DNA of 39,287 nt. Source: Escherichia phage vB_EcoP_PAS61. This document shows, piece after piece, positions 1 through 8,015 of this stretch. The position numbers and the translations under genes are program-made. The stretch lies in sequence record OQ921333.1; one strand, given 5' to 3'. Each line of letters opens with the position of its first letter. Position 1 is the first letter of the stretch. The notes below the pieces were generated by a model. That model worked only from the letters and a program-made list of their open reading frames with translations. It ran no database searches and was not told the DNA's origin.

Positions 1-150
1 TTTCCGGTGACGGTATATAAAACGGTACGAGGAAAATTGAGTTTTTGAAAAATGTTATCACTCAATTGGTTATGGTGTCCGTAAATAATTGAGTGGGAAT
101 GATTAACAGCTAACTCATAGCAACTCATTCCTATTCAGATAGTAATTTAA

Positions 151-181
151 CCCTCTGTTTTTACAGGGGGTTTTTGTTTTT
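151..181 (+). terminator. Rho-independent terminator-like hairpin (CCCTCTG / CAGGGGG) followed by TTTTTGTTTTT; would end a + strand transcript entering from the left
   Basis: Stem-loop with U-run seen directly in sequence. Confidence 0.45.
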
Positions 182-237
182 ATGTATTCATTTCTATTCA
201 CTCTACACCATATTTTTCGGCGGTACAGGTGACGGTA

Positions 238-252
238 TTACCTTAAAGGTAT
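238..252. promoter_or_regulatory. TTACC-N5-GGTAT near-palindrome (14/15 match to the dispersed TTACC-N5-GGTAA motif) overlapping a TATACT -10-like hexamer upstream of int
   Basis: ttaccttaaaggtat at 238-252; tatact at 250-255. Confidence 0.35.
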
Positions 253-294
253 ACTCTCATACCGTCATGAAAATGGTTTCTATACGGGTGAATT

Positions 295-1551
295 GTGCTT
301 ACCGATACAAAATTAAAAAACCTCAAGCCGCAGGACAAACTGTACAAGGTCTCCGATCGTGACGGGCTGTATGTAGCTGTGCTTACGTCAGGAACGGTCT
401 CGTTTCGCTATGACTACCGTATCAACGGTCGCCGCGAAACACTGGTAATCGGGCAGTATGGGCGTGACGGTATCAGTCTGGCAGAAGCGCGAGAAGAACT
501 GATTGCTGCAAAGAAGCTGCTTAAAGCAGGCCAGTCGCCGGCTGCGGCTAAACGTGACGGTATCAAAAAGATTCGTGGTGCCGAGACGTTTGCGGTACAT
601 ACCGACAGTTATATGAAACACGTCATCCTGGCTGACAGTACCCGCGCAATGAAGCAGTCGGTGATCGACCGTGACATACTTCCGGTTCTTGGCAACAAAA
701 TGATGGCTGAAATTACCACATCGATGGTTCGTGATTTGTGTGACCGGATTGTCGAACGCGGTGGCCGTGCAACAGCAGTACAGGCCAGGGAGATCATCAG
801 CAGCGTATACCGTCACGCCAATGACCGTGGTCATGGTTTGTTTAATCCTGCGGCTGACATTAAACCTTCGTCTATCGCCATATTTAAACCACGAGAGCGA
901 ACACTGACACCAGAAGAAATTGGCCTGTTCTTCCGCACGCTGGATGCCATTGGTGCTATGGGCACTATGAAAATGGCTTTAAAGCTGGTGCTTATCACTA
1001 TGGTTCGTAAAGGCGAATTCACTAATGCAACGTGGGACGAAATAGATTTTAAAAAATGGACATGGACAATTCCTTCAGACCGCATGAAGGGAAGCCGGGC
1101 GCACGTTATTTACCTGCCTAAACAGGCACAGGATATATTGGTTGGGTTGCAGATGTGCGCTGGTGGAAGTGAATATCTGGTTCCTGGTCGTTACAATTTC
1201 CGGAAGCCATTATCTAATGCCGCGCTGAACTCTCTGATCGACAGAACGGTGAAAATAATAAATGAAGATGGTGAGCATATTCAGGACTTCACCGTACACG
1301 ATATGCGCCGTACAGCAAGTACGTTGTTGCATGAGGCTGGTTATCCTTCAGACTGGATTGAAAAGGCTCTGGCACATGAGCAGAAAGGTGTGCGCGCCGT
1401 ATATAACAAAGCGGAATACGCCAGACAGCGCGCCTACATGTTGCAGCAGTGGGCCGATATGATTGATTCCTGGATTAACGGGGAGCATACGGATCTGATT
1501 CCGTTCTCCCCGTCGAAGTTTGAGAGGTGGATGGAAGACAGTAATAAATAA
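295..1551 (+). CDS. int: Tyrosine site-specific integrase (P4-like family), GTG start
   Basis: 418 aa ORF; N-terminal LTDTKLKNLKP...YKVSDRDGLYV motif typical of P4-type integrases; C-terminal HDMRRTASTLL...Y catalytic region; located at the prophage end. Confidence 0.9.
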   Translation: MLTDTKLKNLKPQDKLYKVSDRDGLYVAVLTSGTVSFRYDYRINGRRETLVIGQYGRDGISLAEAREELIAAKKLLKAGQSPAAAKRDGIKKIRGAETFAVHTDSYMKHVILADSTRAMKQSVIDRDILPVLGNKMMAEITTSMVRDLCDRIVERGGRATAVQAREIISSVYRHANDRGHGLFNPAADIKPSSIAIFKPRERTLTPEEIGLFFRTLDAIGAMGTMKMALKLVLITMVRKGEFTNATWDEIDFKKWTWTIPSDRMKGSRAHVIYLPKQAQDILVGLQMCAGGSEYLVPGRYNFRKPLSNAALNSLIDRTVKIINEDGEHIQDFTVHDMRRTASTLLHEAGYPSDWIEKALAHEQKGVRAVYNKAEYARQRAYMLQQWADMIDSWINGEHTDLIPFSPSKFERWMEDSNK

Positions 1552-1553
1552 TT

Positions 1554-2213
1554 CTATCCTTCCTGGACTTTGGTAAGCGTCAGATTTCCGCAGAACACTG
1601 CGCCGGTGTCGATGTACATCTGGTTTGCATACACCAGTGGGTGATGTGCTGGCGTATGACCGAAGATGAACAAATCGGCACCGGTTATCTCCGAGACAAT
1701 ACCGTCCTGCGCGTCGCTAACCCGCTCACGATTCCATATCACCATTTCTTCTGGTACTGGCTTATCGAATGCGTATTCGTTGTGCGGGTAGTCTGCGTGA
1801 CAGATGACGACCTTCTTATTGCCGGTAACCAGTTCGATAATCATCGGGAGGTTGGTAATCTTTGGCAGAAGGTATTTGAGTTGCACATCCTGCTCAGAAT
1901 CAAGTTGGTGCCACCATCCACCGCCGTTTGACATCCAATGTCCGAAACTTCCGCCGTTGACCAGTGCATCCAGCATCATCTGCTCATGGTTGCCACGAAC
2001 AGCTCGGAACCACGGCATAGTAATCAAATCCAGGCATTCGACGTTTTCAGCGCCGCGGTCAACAAGGTCACCAACGGAAATAAGTAAATCGCGCGCCGGG
2101 TCGAATGAAACTTTGTCGAGTTCGTTCATCAGCAGCGTGTAGCACCCATGCAGATCGCCGACGACGAAGATATTGCACCAGTCAGCGCCATTGATGCGTT
2201 GATATAGGTTCAT
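1554..2213 (-). CDS. Serine/threonine protein phosphatase (calcineurin-like metallophosphoesterase, lambda PPase-like)
   Basis: GDLHGC, GDLVDRG and GNHE metallophosphatase motifs; start chosen at internal ATG 2213 whose codon overlaps the upstream gene stop (ATGA), GGGAG RBS. Confidence 0.8.
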   Translation of the reverse strand: MNLYQRINGADWCNIFVVGDLHGCYTLLMNELDKVSFDPARDLLISVGDLVDRGAENVECLDLITMPWFRAVRGNHEQMMLDALVNGGSFGHWMSNGGGWWHQLDSEQDVQLKYLLPKITNLPMIIELVTGNKKVVICHADYPHNEYAFDKPVPEEMVIWNRERVSDAQDGIVSEITGADLFIFGHTPAHHPLVYANQMYIDTGAVFCGNLTLTKVQEG

Positions 2214-2860
2214 GCTGCACGCTCCCGCCCCTGGTTGTCTATTGGTGACACCGGAGCATTGCTGAATGCATTTGTTAATCCGCCAATATCCAACGCGTAT
2301 CCAGGGTGTAGTTGCACTGCCGGGTCTTCGCACTGATTACCCCAAACATCGAAGCCATGAGACGTCTGGCGGGCGAACAGTTCAATGCGAGAAACATCGC
2401 CTAACAATTGCACAAGTTTTTCACGAACGACATCTGGTTTTCTTGAATGCTCAAGCCGCGGTGCGGTAAATGACTGAACGATCCATGCATTAATGCGTGG
2501 AGGTAGTTTTCCCTTTACTGCAAACAGGCAATCTTCACTATTGGCGCGAGTCATGTGTCCCATACCCATAACCAGTTTATCTGGTTGTCGACTACCACAT
2601 TTTATCCACGTGAAGCCCTTCATGGTCATCAGACGGAATCCCCAGGCTTCAACAACTTTTAGCGCTTCGAGTGGTTGTGTTGGCACCCACCACATGGCCA
2701 ACAGACAGTTTTCATCGGCCAAATCCCACACAGGAAGGCGGCAGATGTCCATCACACTCATAACCGGATATTTAAAACTGGCACCGCGATTACCATCTGC
2801 GGCTTTGTCCCGGTATACCCAGGGTGGATCTGCATAGATTAGTGTGTATTTCTTAGTCAT
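2210..2860 (-). CDS. MT-A70 family N6-adenine DNA methyltransferase
   Basis: 216 aa; DPPW motif (IYADPPWVY) characteristic of MT-A70/Dam-like N6-adenine methyltransferases. Confidence 0.8.
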   Translation of the reverse strand: MTKKYTLIYADPPWVYRDKAADGNRGASFKYPVMSVMDICRLPVWDLADENCLLAMWWVPTQPLEALKVVEAWGFRLMTMKGFTWIKCGSRQPDKLVMGMGHMTRANSEDCLFAVKGKLPPRINAWIVQSFTAPRLEHSRKPDVVREKLVQLLGDVSRIELFARQTSHGFDVWGNQCEDPAVQLHPGYALDIGGLTNAFSNAPVSPIDNQGRERAA

Positions 2861-3152
2861 AAACCACCCCGCAACATCCTATACCGCTATAGTCTCCACG
2901 GCGAAGGCCGTTACCTTTTGTGATACATTGGTCCCTGCGAACCGCGATCCTTGCACGCTCAACATCACCAGAAGCAACATCCATACACTGAAGCCAAAGG
3001 TGAGCGGCAATGCGGAACTGCCCTTTTTTCTCTCTTTCAATCGCGCGTTTTTCGATCTCTATCGCCGCAGGAGTAACGGCGACAATCTTTGACGGACTGC
3101 GCATTGAAACCTTATTCATGTGATATTTTTCAAGTCGGCTTAACTTTCTCAC
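2853..3152 (-). CDS. Hypothetical protein (early-left operon)
   Basis: 99 aa ORF overlapping the methyltransferase start by 8 nt; GTG start with GAGG upstream; no recognisable motif. Confidence 0.4.
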   Translation of the reverse strand: MRKLSRLEKYHMNKVSMRSPSKIVAVTPAAIEIEKRAIEREKKGQFRIAAHLWLQCMDVASGDVERARIAVRRDQCITKGNGLRRGDYSGIGCCGVVYD

Positions 3153-3261
3153 TTAATCCAACCCTCTCTGAAAATTAATGCCAGCAGATAAAGCCATGCT
3201 GAAACAGAGGCCAGGAATAAGTACCATCCTGACCATTTGATCCAGTGCCTTAGCAGCGCAC

Positions 3262-3510
3262 TCATGCAGCGTTGCTCACGGGACGATATACACGTTGCTG
3301 AACAGGAGGTTTTTTACCCTGGAACTCTGCCGGGCTTGCTGCCTGACGTTCATCAAGCCAACGCTCAACTTCGTCACGGTTCCATGCGCAGCGTTTGTCA
3401 GTGATATACCAGCGTTTAGGAAATTCCCCTGCGCGCTCCATACGGTCGATAGTGCTCCATGACAGTGGCACCACCGCCAGGAGTTCCTTCTTACCTAATG
3501 CACCTTTCAT
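3262..3510 (-). CDS. AlpA-family HTH regulator / excisionase-like protein
   Basis: 82 aa; LSWSTIDRMERAGEFPKRWYITDKRCAWNRDEVERWL resembles AlpA/Xis-type winged HTH proteins. Confidence 0.65.
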   Translation of the reverse strand: MKGALGKKELLAVVPLSWSTIDRMERAGEFPKRWYITDKRCAWNRDEVERWLDERQAASPAEFQGKKPPVQQRVYRPVSNAA

Positions 3511-3559
3511 AAATACCTCTCTTGGTTGCAGTGCGGCGCGTGTGGCGCCGCGGTGGTGG

Positions 3560-4441
3560 TTACATAGATGTTTCGTTTAATTCTTCCCGACGAACGCTGT
3601 AAACGTCGGTGGCTTTTGCCAGTAGTTCGTCATCATCTGAAAGTTTTTGTGCAATGTATTTGTAAGCCTTATCCAGTTCGGAGACAGTGCTGTAATTCAT
3701 CGCTGCGCTGGTAAAGGCCATCAGCATTTCTTCTGGATCACGGCTATCCGCTTTACGCGTTTGCTCATCAGGCTTTTTCACTGGTTTAGCGTTGATCAGA
3801 CTGTTCATTCCCGCAGCAGTAGTTGTTTGCGGAGTAATGTCTCGTTCAACGCGCGGTGTCGTTTCCTGTAATTCGTCAGGGGTGTAAACACCGAGAAGTA
3901 CATCAGGAGCGTGCAGACGAGCCCATCGTTTCGTGCAAAGATAGGCAAGTTGCTGGCGCGGATCCTGTTCCCACAATGGAGAGTTACGCACTCCGGCTTG
4001 CGCCATACTGATGGTAAGCTCACGTGGTTCTGCTTCTCCTTTAAGAACTGCTGACACAGTTACCGTCAGATTCGGTGATTTATCTGTTTTGCCGTTAACA
4101 TTCGACCAGTCACCGCTCCAGCGATAATTCAGGCGTGTCGCTAGCAGGCTGGAAGAGGATACGACCGCGTTTACCAACTGTGCTTCGTAGCCTAACGTTC
4201 CGTTTACCACATGCGTTTTCTGCGCCACGGCGAAAGGGTTCATTCCCCACTGTGCCGCCTGCATGGTCACCGCCAGGCAATCGGCAGGTTTGCCTTCAAG
4301 ATGTTTCGGTACAGTCGCTTTGCTTTGTGACATCAACTCCGCGAAACGCACCAGTTGATTCATGCCCTCGGGGCTGAAGATTGCCGCAGCAGTGCCTACA
4401 GTTGCGCCTGGTTGTGATGTGATTGCGATATCATTGCTCAT
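3560..4441 (-). CDS. RecT/Red-beta family single-strand annealing protein
   Basis: 293 aa; segment VERDITPQ recalls the lambda Bet C-terminal region (from memory); paired with an upstream exonuclease via ATGA overlap. Confidence 0.55.
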   Translation of the reverse strand: MSNDIAITSQPGATVGTAAAIFSPEGMNQLVRFAELMSQSKATVPKHLEGKPADCLAVTMQAAQWGMNPFAVAQKTHVVNGTLGYEAQLVNAVVSSSSLLATRLNYRWSGDWSNVNGKTDKSPNLTVTVSAVLKGEAEPRELTISMAQAGVRNSPLWEQDPRQQLAYLCTKRWARLHAPDVLLGVYTPDELQETTPRVERDITPQTTTAAGMNSLINAKPVKKPDEQTRKADSRDPEEMLMAFTSAAMNYSTVSELDKAYKYIAQKLSDDDELLAKATDVYSVRREELNETSM

Positions 4442-5259
4442 ACGTACATATCCTGTTTACGTGCCCAGTCAGGGCGTTTAATAATTTCCACTCCGCCCCA
4501 TTCATCGTTGATGCGGCATTCGTGATAGGTATTCAGATCCCGGCGGAACAGAGCGTGCCCGGCATCGACATCCGGCGCATCCAGCTCGAACACGCGTACC
4601 GGATACCGACCACAATCAATGCTTTCGCTCACGGCAAGAAAGAAAAAACCATGCGGCTGACCAGTAACCCTCATTGCGCCTTCGCGGTACATTGCGTCCT
4701 GCACGTGGTAGCGGAATTCCTCGATGTGGCGTGCAAAACGGTCCATATCTGCAACCTTTTTCACGTCGACGATCACGTTGTGCTCGTTCAGCCATTTGTC
4801 TGGACGAATTCGGCACAACTCACCCGTCTCTTCATCGTTCCAGTACATTGATGCTTCGCAGTAACCAGGTGCTTCCAACATCCAGCGCGCCGCCGGATGA
4901 GCCATTGCGCTATCACGCATCAGCTCCAGTTTTCGCCACTGCTCGACATCAAGTACCGTAATACCCATATCCGCCACATCACGAAGAAATGCTTCTTCGT
5001 GAGCTTTACCTTGTTTTGTCCGACGATCGAATTTCGGTGAAACGATGAAGCGTTTGTCGAATTCTCCAGGCTCCAGAAGCAGACAGTGCAATGCGGTTCC
5101 CATATCCAGTGCAGACTTTTTCTCTTCGTCTTCTGGTGCTGCCTGAACCCATTTAAGAAGCGCCGGATTCTTGGCAACCATGTCCAGTTGCGACTTACTC
5201 ACGCCGTCACCGGCGTGGTAGTCTTCGTTGCTGATGTCGAAATAAATTCCCGGCTTCAT
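4438..5259 (-). CDS. PD-(D/E)XK exonuclease (RecE/YqaJ-like recombination exonuclease)
   Basis: 273 aa; DISNEDYH N-terminus, GTALHCLLLE and VIVDVKKV (D-x-K) motifs typical of PD-(D/E)XK phage exonucleases. Confidence 0.7.
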   Translation of the reverse strand: MKPGIYFDISNEDYHAGDGVSKSQLDMVAKNPALLKWVQAAPEDEEKKSALDMGTALHCLLLEPGEFDKRFIVSPKFDRRTKQGKAHEEAFLRDVADMGITVLDVEQWRKLELMRDSAMAHPAARWMLEAPGYCEASMYWNDEETGELCRIRPDKWLNEHNVIVDVKKVADMDRFARHIEEFRYHVQDAMYREGAMRVTGQPHGFFFLAVSESIDCGRYPVRVFELDAPDVDAGHALFRRDLNTYHECRINDEWGGVEIIKRPDWARKQDMYV

Positions 5260-5555
5260 GCCGCGTCCCTCTGCCCATCAAGCTGATCCGCCAGATCCCA
5301 GCGGGCGATAATTGCCATTGCCTCTCGCCGGTAGGCATCCATTAGTTCTTCGAACTCAGGGCTGTCTTTAGCGGCCTCCAGTACTTCCTGGCGAACGCCT
5401 TTGCCTGTTACAACGTCGAAAGTTGAGGCCAGTTGATGAAGTCGGATGCTCTCAATCAGTTCAACTTGTCGGTCATATAGCTGTTCTGACAGACGGTAGT
5501 CCTTGTCGAATGCCAGCATGATTTTTTGAAGATTTTTCTGCTGATTAACGTTCAT
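5256..5555 (-). CDS. Hypothetical protein
   Basis: ORF in track; start moved to internal ATG (MNVNQQ) preceded by GGAGGG RBS. Confidence 0.5.
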   Translation of the reverse strand: MNVNQQKNLQKIMLAFDKDYRLSEQLYDRQVELIESIRLHQLASTFDVVTGKGVRQEVLEAAKDSPEFEELMDAYRREAMAIIARWDLADQLDGQRDAA

Positions 5556-5557
5556 TA

Positions 5558-5710
5558 TCAGCCCTCCCATATCTCGTTATCGTTGGCTACATCGCGAGCT
5601 TCTTTGCTGACGAAAGCCCACTTAATGCCTTCCTGTAAGGTGCGGAACTTCCAGCTCATGAATCCGCATGCAGTAACGCAGTACCAACCGTTGATGATTT
5701 TCCACTGCAT
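5558..5710 (-). CDS. Small hypothetical protein (50 aa, Trp/Cys-containing), first gene of the early-left operon
   Basis: Hand translation MQWKIINGWYCVTACGFMSWKFRTLQEGIKWAFVSKEARDVANDNEIWEG; GAGGT RBS 9 nt upstream; stop abuts next gene RBS; below ORF-track size cutoff. Confidence 0.35.
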   Translation of the reverse strand: MQWKIINGWYCVTACGFMSWKFRTLQEGIKWAFVSKEARDVANDNEIWEG

Positions 5711-5729
5711 AACTTGTTACCTCGGTCTG

Positions 5730-5806
5730 TTACCGTTGAGGTAATAATCATGCGTATATGGTTTGATGTCAATAGATATGAGTTAAAAAAATTACCCGTT
5801 AGGTAA
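5730..5806 (-). promoter_or_regulatory. Early-left promoter region (pL-like): minus-strand -35 TTGACA (5772-5767), -10 GATTAT (5749-5744), flanked by two TTACC-N5-GGTAA operator-like palindromes (5730-5744, 5792-5806)
   Basis: Hexamers and palindromes read directly; 17-nt spacer. Confidence 0.5.
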
Positions 5807-5812
5807 TCGAAT

Positions 5813-5841
5813 AGGCAATAAAAAAGCCGCCATAAGGCGGC
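5813..5841 (-). terminator. Rho-independent terminator downstream of the repressor gene (GCCGCC-ATAA-GGCGGC followed by U-run on minus strand)
   Basis: Perfect 6-bp GC stem with flanking A/T run. Confidence 0.55.
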
Positions 5842-5863
5842 TTACTTACTGAAAAATATGGTT

Positions 5864-6448
5864 TTATTGTTTGTTTTTTTCGTTCTGGTTGATGACAAAT
5901 TCAATGTAACTTTCGATCTTTGCTTTCTCGGTTTCGGGTAACAATGCGTAGCGCGAGCGATCATAGTTGATGGTCGCAGGGTCGTGCGGGTGAATCAGTA
6001 ATTCATAGCCGTGACGCCCGAATGCGGATGCAACATTCTCCAGGGTGGAAATGGAAACGCTGACCTCATTGTTTAACAGGCGGCTGATTGTCACCTGGGC
6101 TACGCCGGATGCGCGGTGAAGTTTTCCCTGTGTTGAAAGGTCGCGGCTTTCGCTCATCCAGCGTTCCAGGTTGTGAGCCGCCAGCTGGCCAATGTCGCTT
6201 GGGCCGACAGGCTGAAAACCTTCCTGAGAAAGCGAGCGATCGATATCAAGCCAGTTACGGGGTTTATTGGCGGCAGCTTCAATTTTTCGCGCAACCTGGT
6301 CGCCGATAACCTTCTTGCCAAGAGCCCAGCGGTTTACCAGATTTGCCTGAGTTCCAAGTTTTTCTGCCATCCGCGTCTGAACACCATTGAATTCACGGTC
6401 GATCAAGTCGTTGAGATTTTGCCTGCGGACGTCCTGGATACTTTTCAT
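5864..6448 (-). CDS. Putative prophage repressor (CI-like role) with two helix-turn-helix regions; no obvious LexA-like S24 peptidase domain
   Basis: 194 aa; HTH-like segments GVQTRMAEKLGTQANLVNRW and GKLHRASGVAQVTISRLLNNE; divergent from a Cro-like gene across an operator-rich intergenic region. Confidence 0.55.
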   Translation of the reverse strand: MKSIQDVRRQNLNDLIDREFNGVQTRMAEKLGTQANLVNRWALGKKVIGDQVARKIEAAANKPRNWLDIDRSLSQEGFQPVGPSDIGQLAAHNLERWMSESRDLSTQGKLHRASGVAQVTISRLLNNEVSVSISTLENVASAFGRHGYELLIHPHDPATINYDRSRYALLPETEKAKIESYIEFVINQNEKNKQ

Positions 6449-6503
6449 TTTCTGGAAAATCGCCTCATATATGAATCGGTAGATGATTCAATTTAAAGCA
6501 ATA

Positions 6504-6590
6504 TTACCCAACAGGTAAATGCACCCCATAGGTAACTATCCTTGATTTTTGTTACCTTATGGGTGAATATTTATTATCTGAAATAAATAT
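6504..6590. promoter_or_regulatory. Divergent immunity promoter/operator region (oR-like): TTACCCAACAGGTAA (6504-6518), inverted GGTAAC/GTTACC half-sites (6524-6566), TTGATT -35-like hexamer (6542-6547), AT-rich palindrome TATTTATT-N6-AATAAATA (6568-6589)
   Basis: Motifs read directly from sequence between the repressor (-) and Cro-like (+) genes. Confidence 0.5.
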
Positions 6591-6602
6591 CAGGCAATAG
6601 CT

Positions 6603-6833
6603 ATGAGCGATAACGGACATTTCGATTTCAAAAAGCACTGGCTTGCACTTACTCCGGATGAGCGTGAAGCCTTCGCACAGGAAGCCGGAACGACGAGTCA
6701 CTATATCCAGACTCACTTAACAGGTAAGCGCAAAATGCCAGGTAAAGTATTGATGAATGGGCTTTTTAAAGCCTGTAAATCAAGACAATGGTTGCGCTCA
6801 AAAGCAGAACTGGCATACTTCTTCTACTCATGA
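6603..6833 (+). CDS. Putative Cro-like early regulator (position-based call)
   Basis: 76 aa ORF transcribed divergently from the repressor immediately after the operator region; weak HTH-like segment. Confidence 0.4.
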   Translation: MSDNGHFDFKKHWLALTPDEREAFAQEAGTTSHYIQTHLTGKRKMPGKVLMNGLFKACKSRQWLRSKAELAYFFYS

Positions 6834-6983
6834 TATCCAGCCACAACCCTCTGTAGACCGCCATCCGGCGGTCTTTTCATATCTATTCGCACCTCAAAGG
6901 TAATAAAAAACCAAATCTGGTTGATCTTTTTTTTGTGTCAGCACAAAATAACCGTAATCCCAATACTAATAACAGGGCTTACC

Positions 6984-7184
6984 ATGGAAATCATTACACG
7001 TATTGATGCCGCAAAGCGCGGACTTAAACGCTACTACACCGGAAAACCATGTAAGCACGGACATGACAGTGAACGCTGGGTTTACAACGGACACTGTGTT
7101 GAGTGCACCATGGAATCAAACCGTCGCATCAGGGCAGAGATTAAGCAGATCATGATTAATTCCTCCCCACAACATTCAAGCTGA
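6984..7184 (+). CDS. Small zinc-ribbon protein (CxxH...CxxC), possible early regulator
   Basis: GKPCKHGH...NGHCVEC motif; start moved to MEIITRID ATG. Confidence 0.45.
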   Translation: MEIITRIDAAKRGLKRYYTGKPCKHGHDSERWVYNGHCVECTMESNRRIRAEIKQIMINSSPQHSS

Positions 7185-7199
7185 TAGCGGAGATTAATC

Positions 7200-8015
7200 A
7201 TGAGCAGACATGCAACAGATTGGGCCTGGGAGACAGATCCAGGTAGCTCGTCATTAAAGCTCATACTGCTCTCGATGGCTGACAGAGCCGATGAATATAA
7301 CCTCTGCTACCCCAGCATAGAACGCCTCGTTAAAGACACCTGCTTGAATAAAAAAACCGTACAGGCCGGGCTTATATCGCTCATGAAAATGGGGCTTATT
7401 TCAGATACCGGAGAGAGAAAGGGAGCGACGAAAAGAGTGCGGGTTTTCTCTCTTAATATAACCAAAAAAGGGAACATTAAAGGCAACCTAGATGGGTGTA
7501 ATGAACCCGAAAACGGTAATGTTCCCAAAAACGGGAATATACCCAAAAACGGGATGTTGAATGATCCCAAAAACGGGATGTTGAATGATCCCAAAAACGG
7601 GATCCAGAACCAGTCATATAACCAGTCATTTAACCAAGAGAGGGAGAGCAGGACAAAAACCGGGGATTCTGTGCCTCATGACCCCGGCGCAAACAACGCC
7701 GTGATGAATAACTTTGTTCCTCCTGGTGGGCCAGGGCAATTAGGCAAATTTGTCATGCATGAACAATGGCAGCCATCAGATGACTTTCTTCGGAAAAGCT
7801 CATTGCAGGGAATCTACCTGGACAGTCTGCCAACGGCACAGGAACTTGCAGAGTTCAGAATTTACTGGATGGCTGAGGGTAAGGCATACCATCAGGCACA
7901 GTGGGAGCAGAAGCTGGCAAGGCGGCTGCAGATTAGCAGACAGAAGCAATCAACATTACCTGATAACAACGTTCCGCACTGGAACAGCCCTGAAGCATGG
8001 GAGGATTTCTTGTGA
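7200..8015 (+). CDS. Replication initiator (lambda O-like role) with N-terminal HTH domain; contains origin iterons
   Basis: 271 aa; N-terminal HTH-like region; internal PKNG repeat encoded by DNA iterons; directly coupled to a lambda P-like gene. Confidence 0.65.
   Translation: MSRHATDWAWETDPGSSSLKLILLSMADRADEYNLCYPSIERLVKDTCLNKKTVQAGLISLMKMGLISDTGERKGATKRVRVFSLNITKKGNIKGNLDGCNEPENGNVPKNGNIPKNGMLNDPKNGMLNDPKNGIQNQSYNQSFNQERESRTKTGDSVPHDPGANNAVMNNFVPPGGPGQLGKFVMHEQWQPSDDFLRKSSLQGIYLDSLPTAQELAEFRIYWMAEGKAYHQAQWEQKLARRLQISRQKQSTLPDNNVPHWNSPEAWEDFL
7506..7602. repeat. Putative origin of replication: five iterons CCC(A/G)AAAACGG(G/T)A spaced 18-24 bp, including a perfect 24-bp tandem repeat (7551-7574 / 7575-7598)
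   Basis: Direct repeats at 7506, 7524, 7542, 7566, 7590 read from sequence; location inside the initiator gene as in lambda ori. Confidence 0.7.

Noticed and set aside
174-362. 62-aa + strand ORF spanning the region upstream of int and the int start
   Set aside because: Runs through the terminator hairpin and regulatory repeats, no RBS, and overlaps the far more plausible integrase ORF; likely non-coding
388-1085. Antisense ORFs inside the integrase gene (388-834, 609-797, 831-1085, minus strand)
   Set aside because: Fully embedded in a well-supported gene on the opposite strand; typical shadow ORFs
3533-3551. GC-rich hairpin (GCGGCGC-GTGTG-GCGCCGC) between the RecT-like and excisionase-like genes as a terminator
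   Set aside because: No U-run on either strand; more likely an mRNA stability/processing structure or coincidence inside an operon
5751-5807. 18-codon + strand mini-ORF (MRIWFDVNRYELKKLPVR) after a GAGGT motif
   Set aside because: Too short, lies across the pL-like promoter/operator on the opposite strand; the GAGGT is part of the TTACC-N5-GGTAA palindrome
7307-7594. 95-aa minus-strand ORF with repeated FNIPFLG peptide
   Set aside because: Artefact of the iteron direct repeats read on the opposite strand of the O-like gene
7506-7602. Possibility that the short direct repeats represent a CRISPR array
   Set aside because: Repeats are 13 bp with 5-11 bp spacers, lie inside a coding gene and match replication-origin iteron architecture; no cas genes and no 28-37 bp repeat/spacer periodicity
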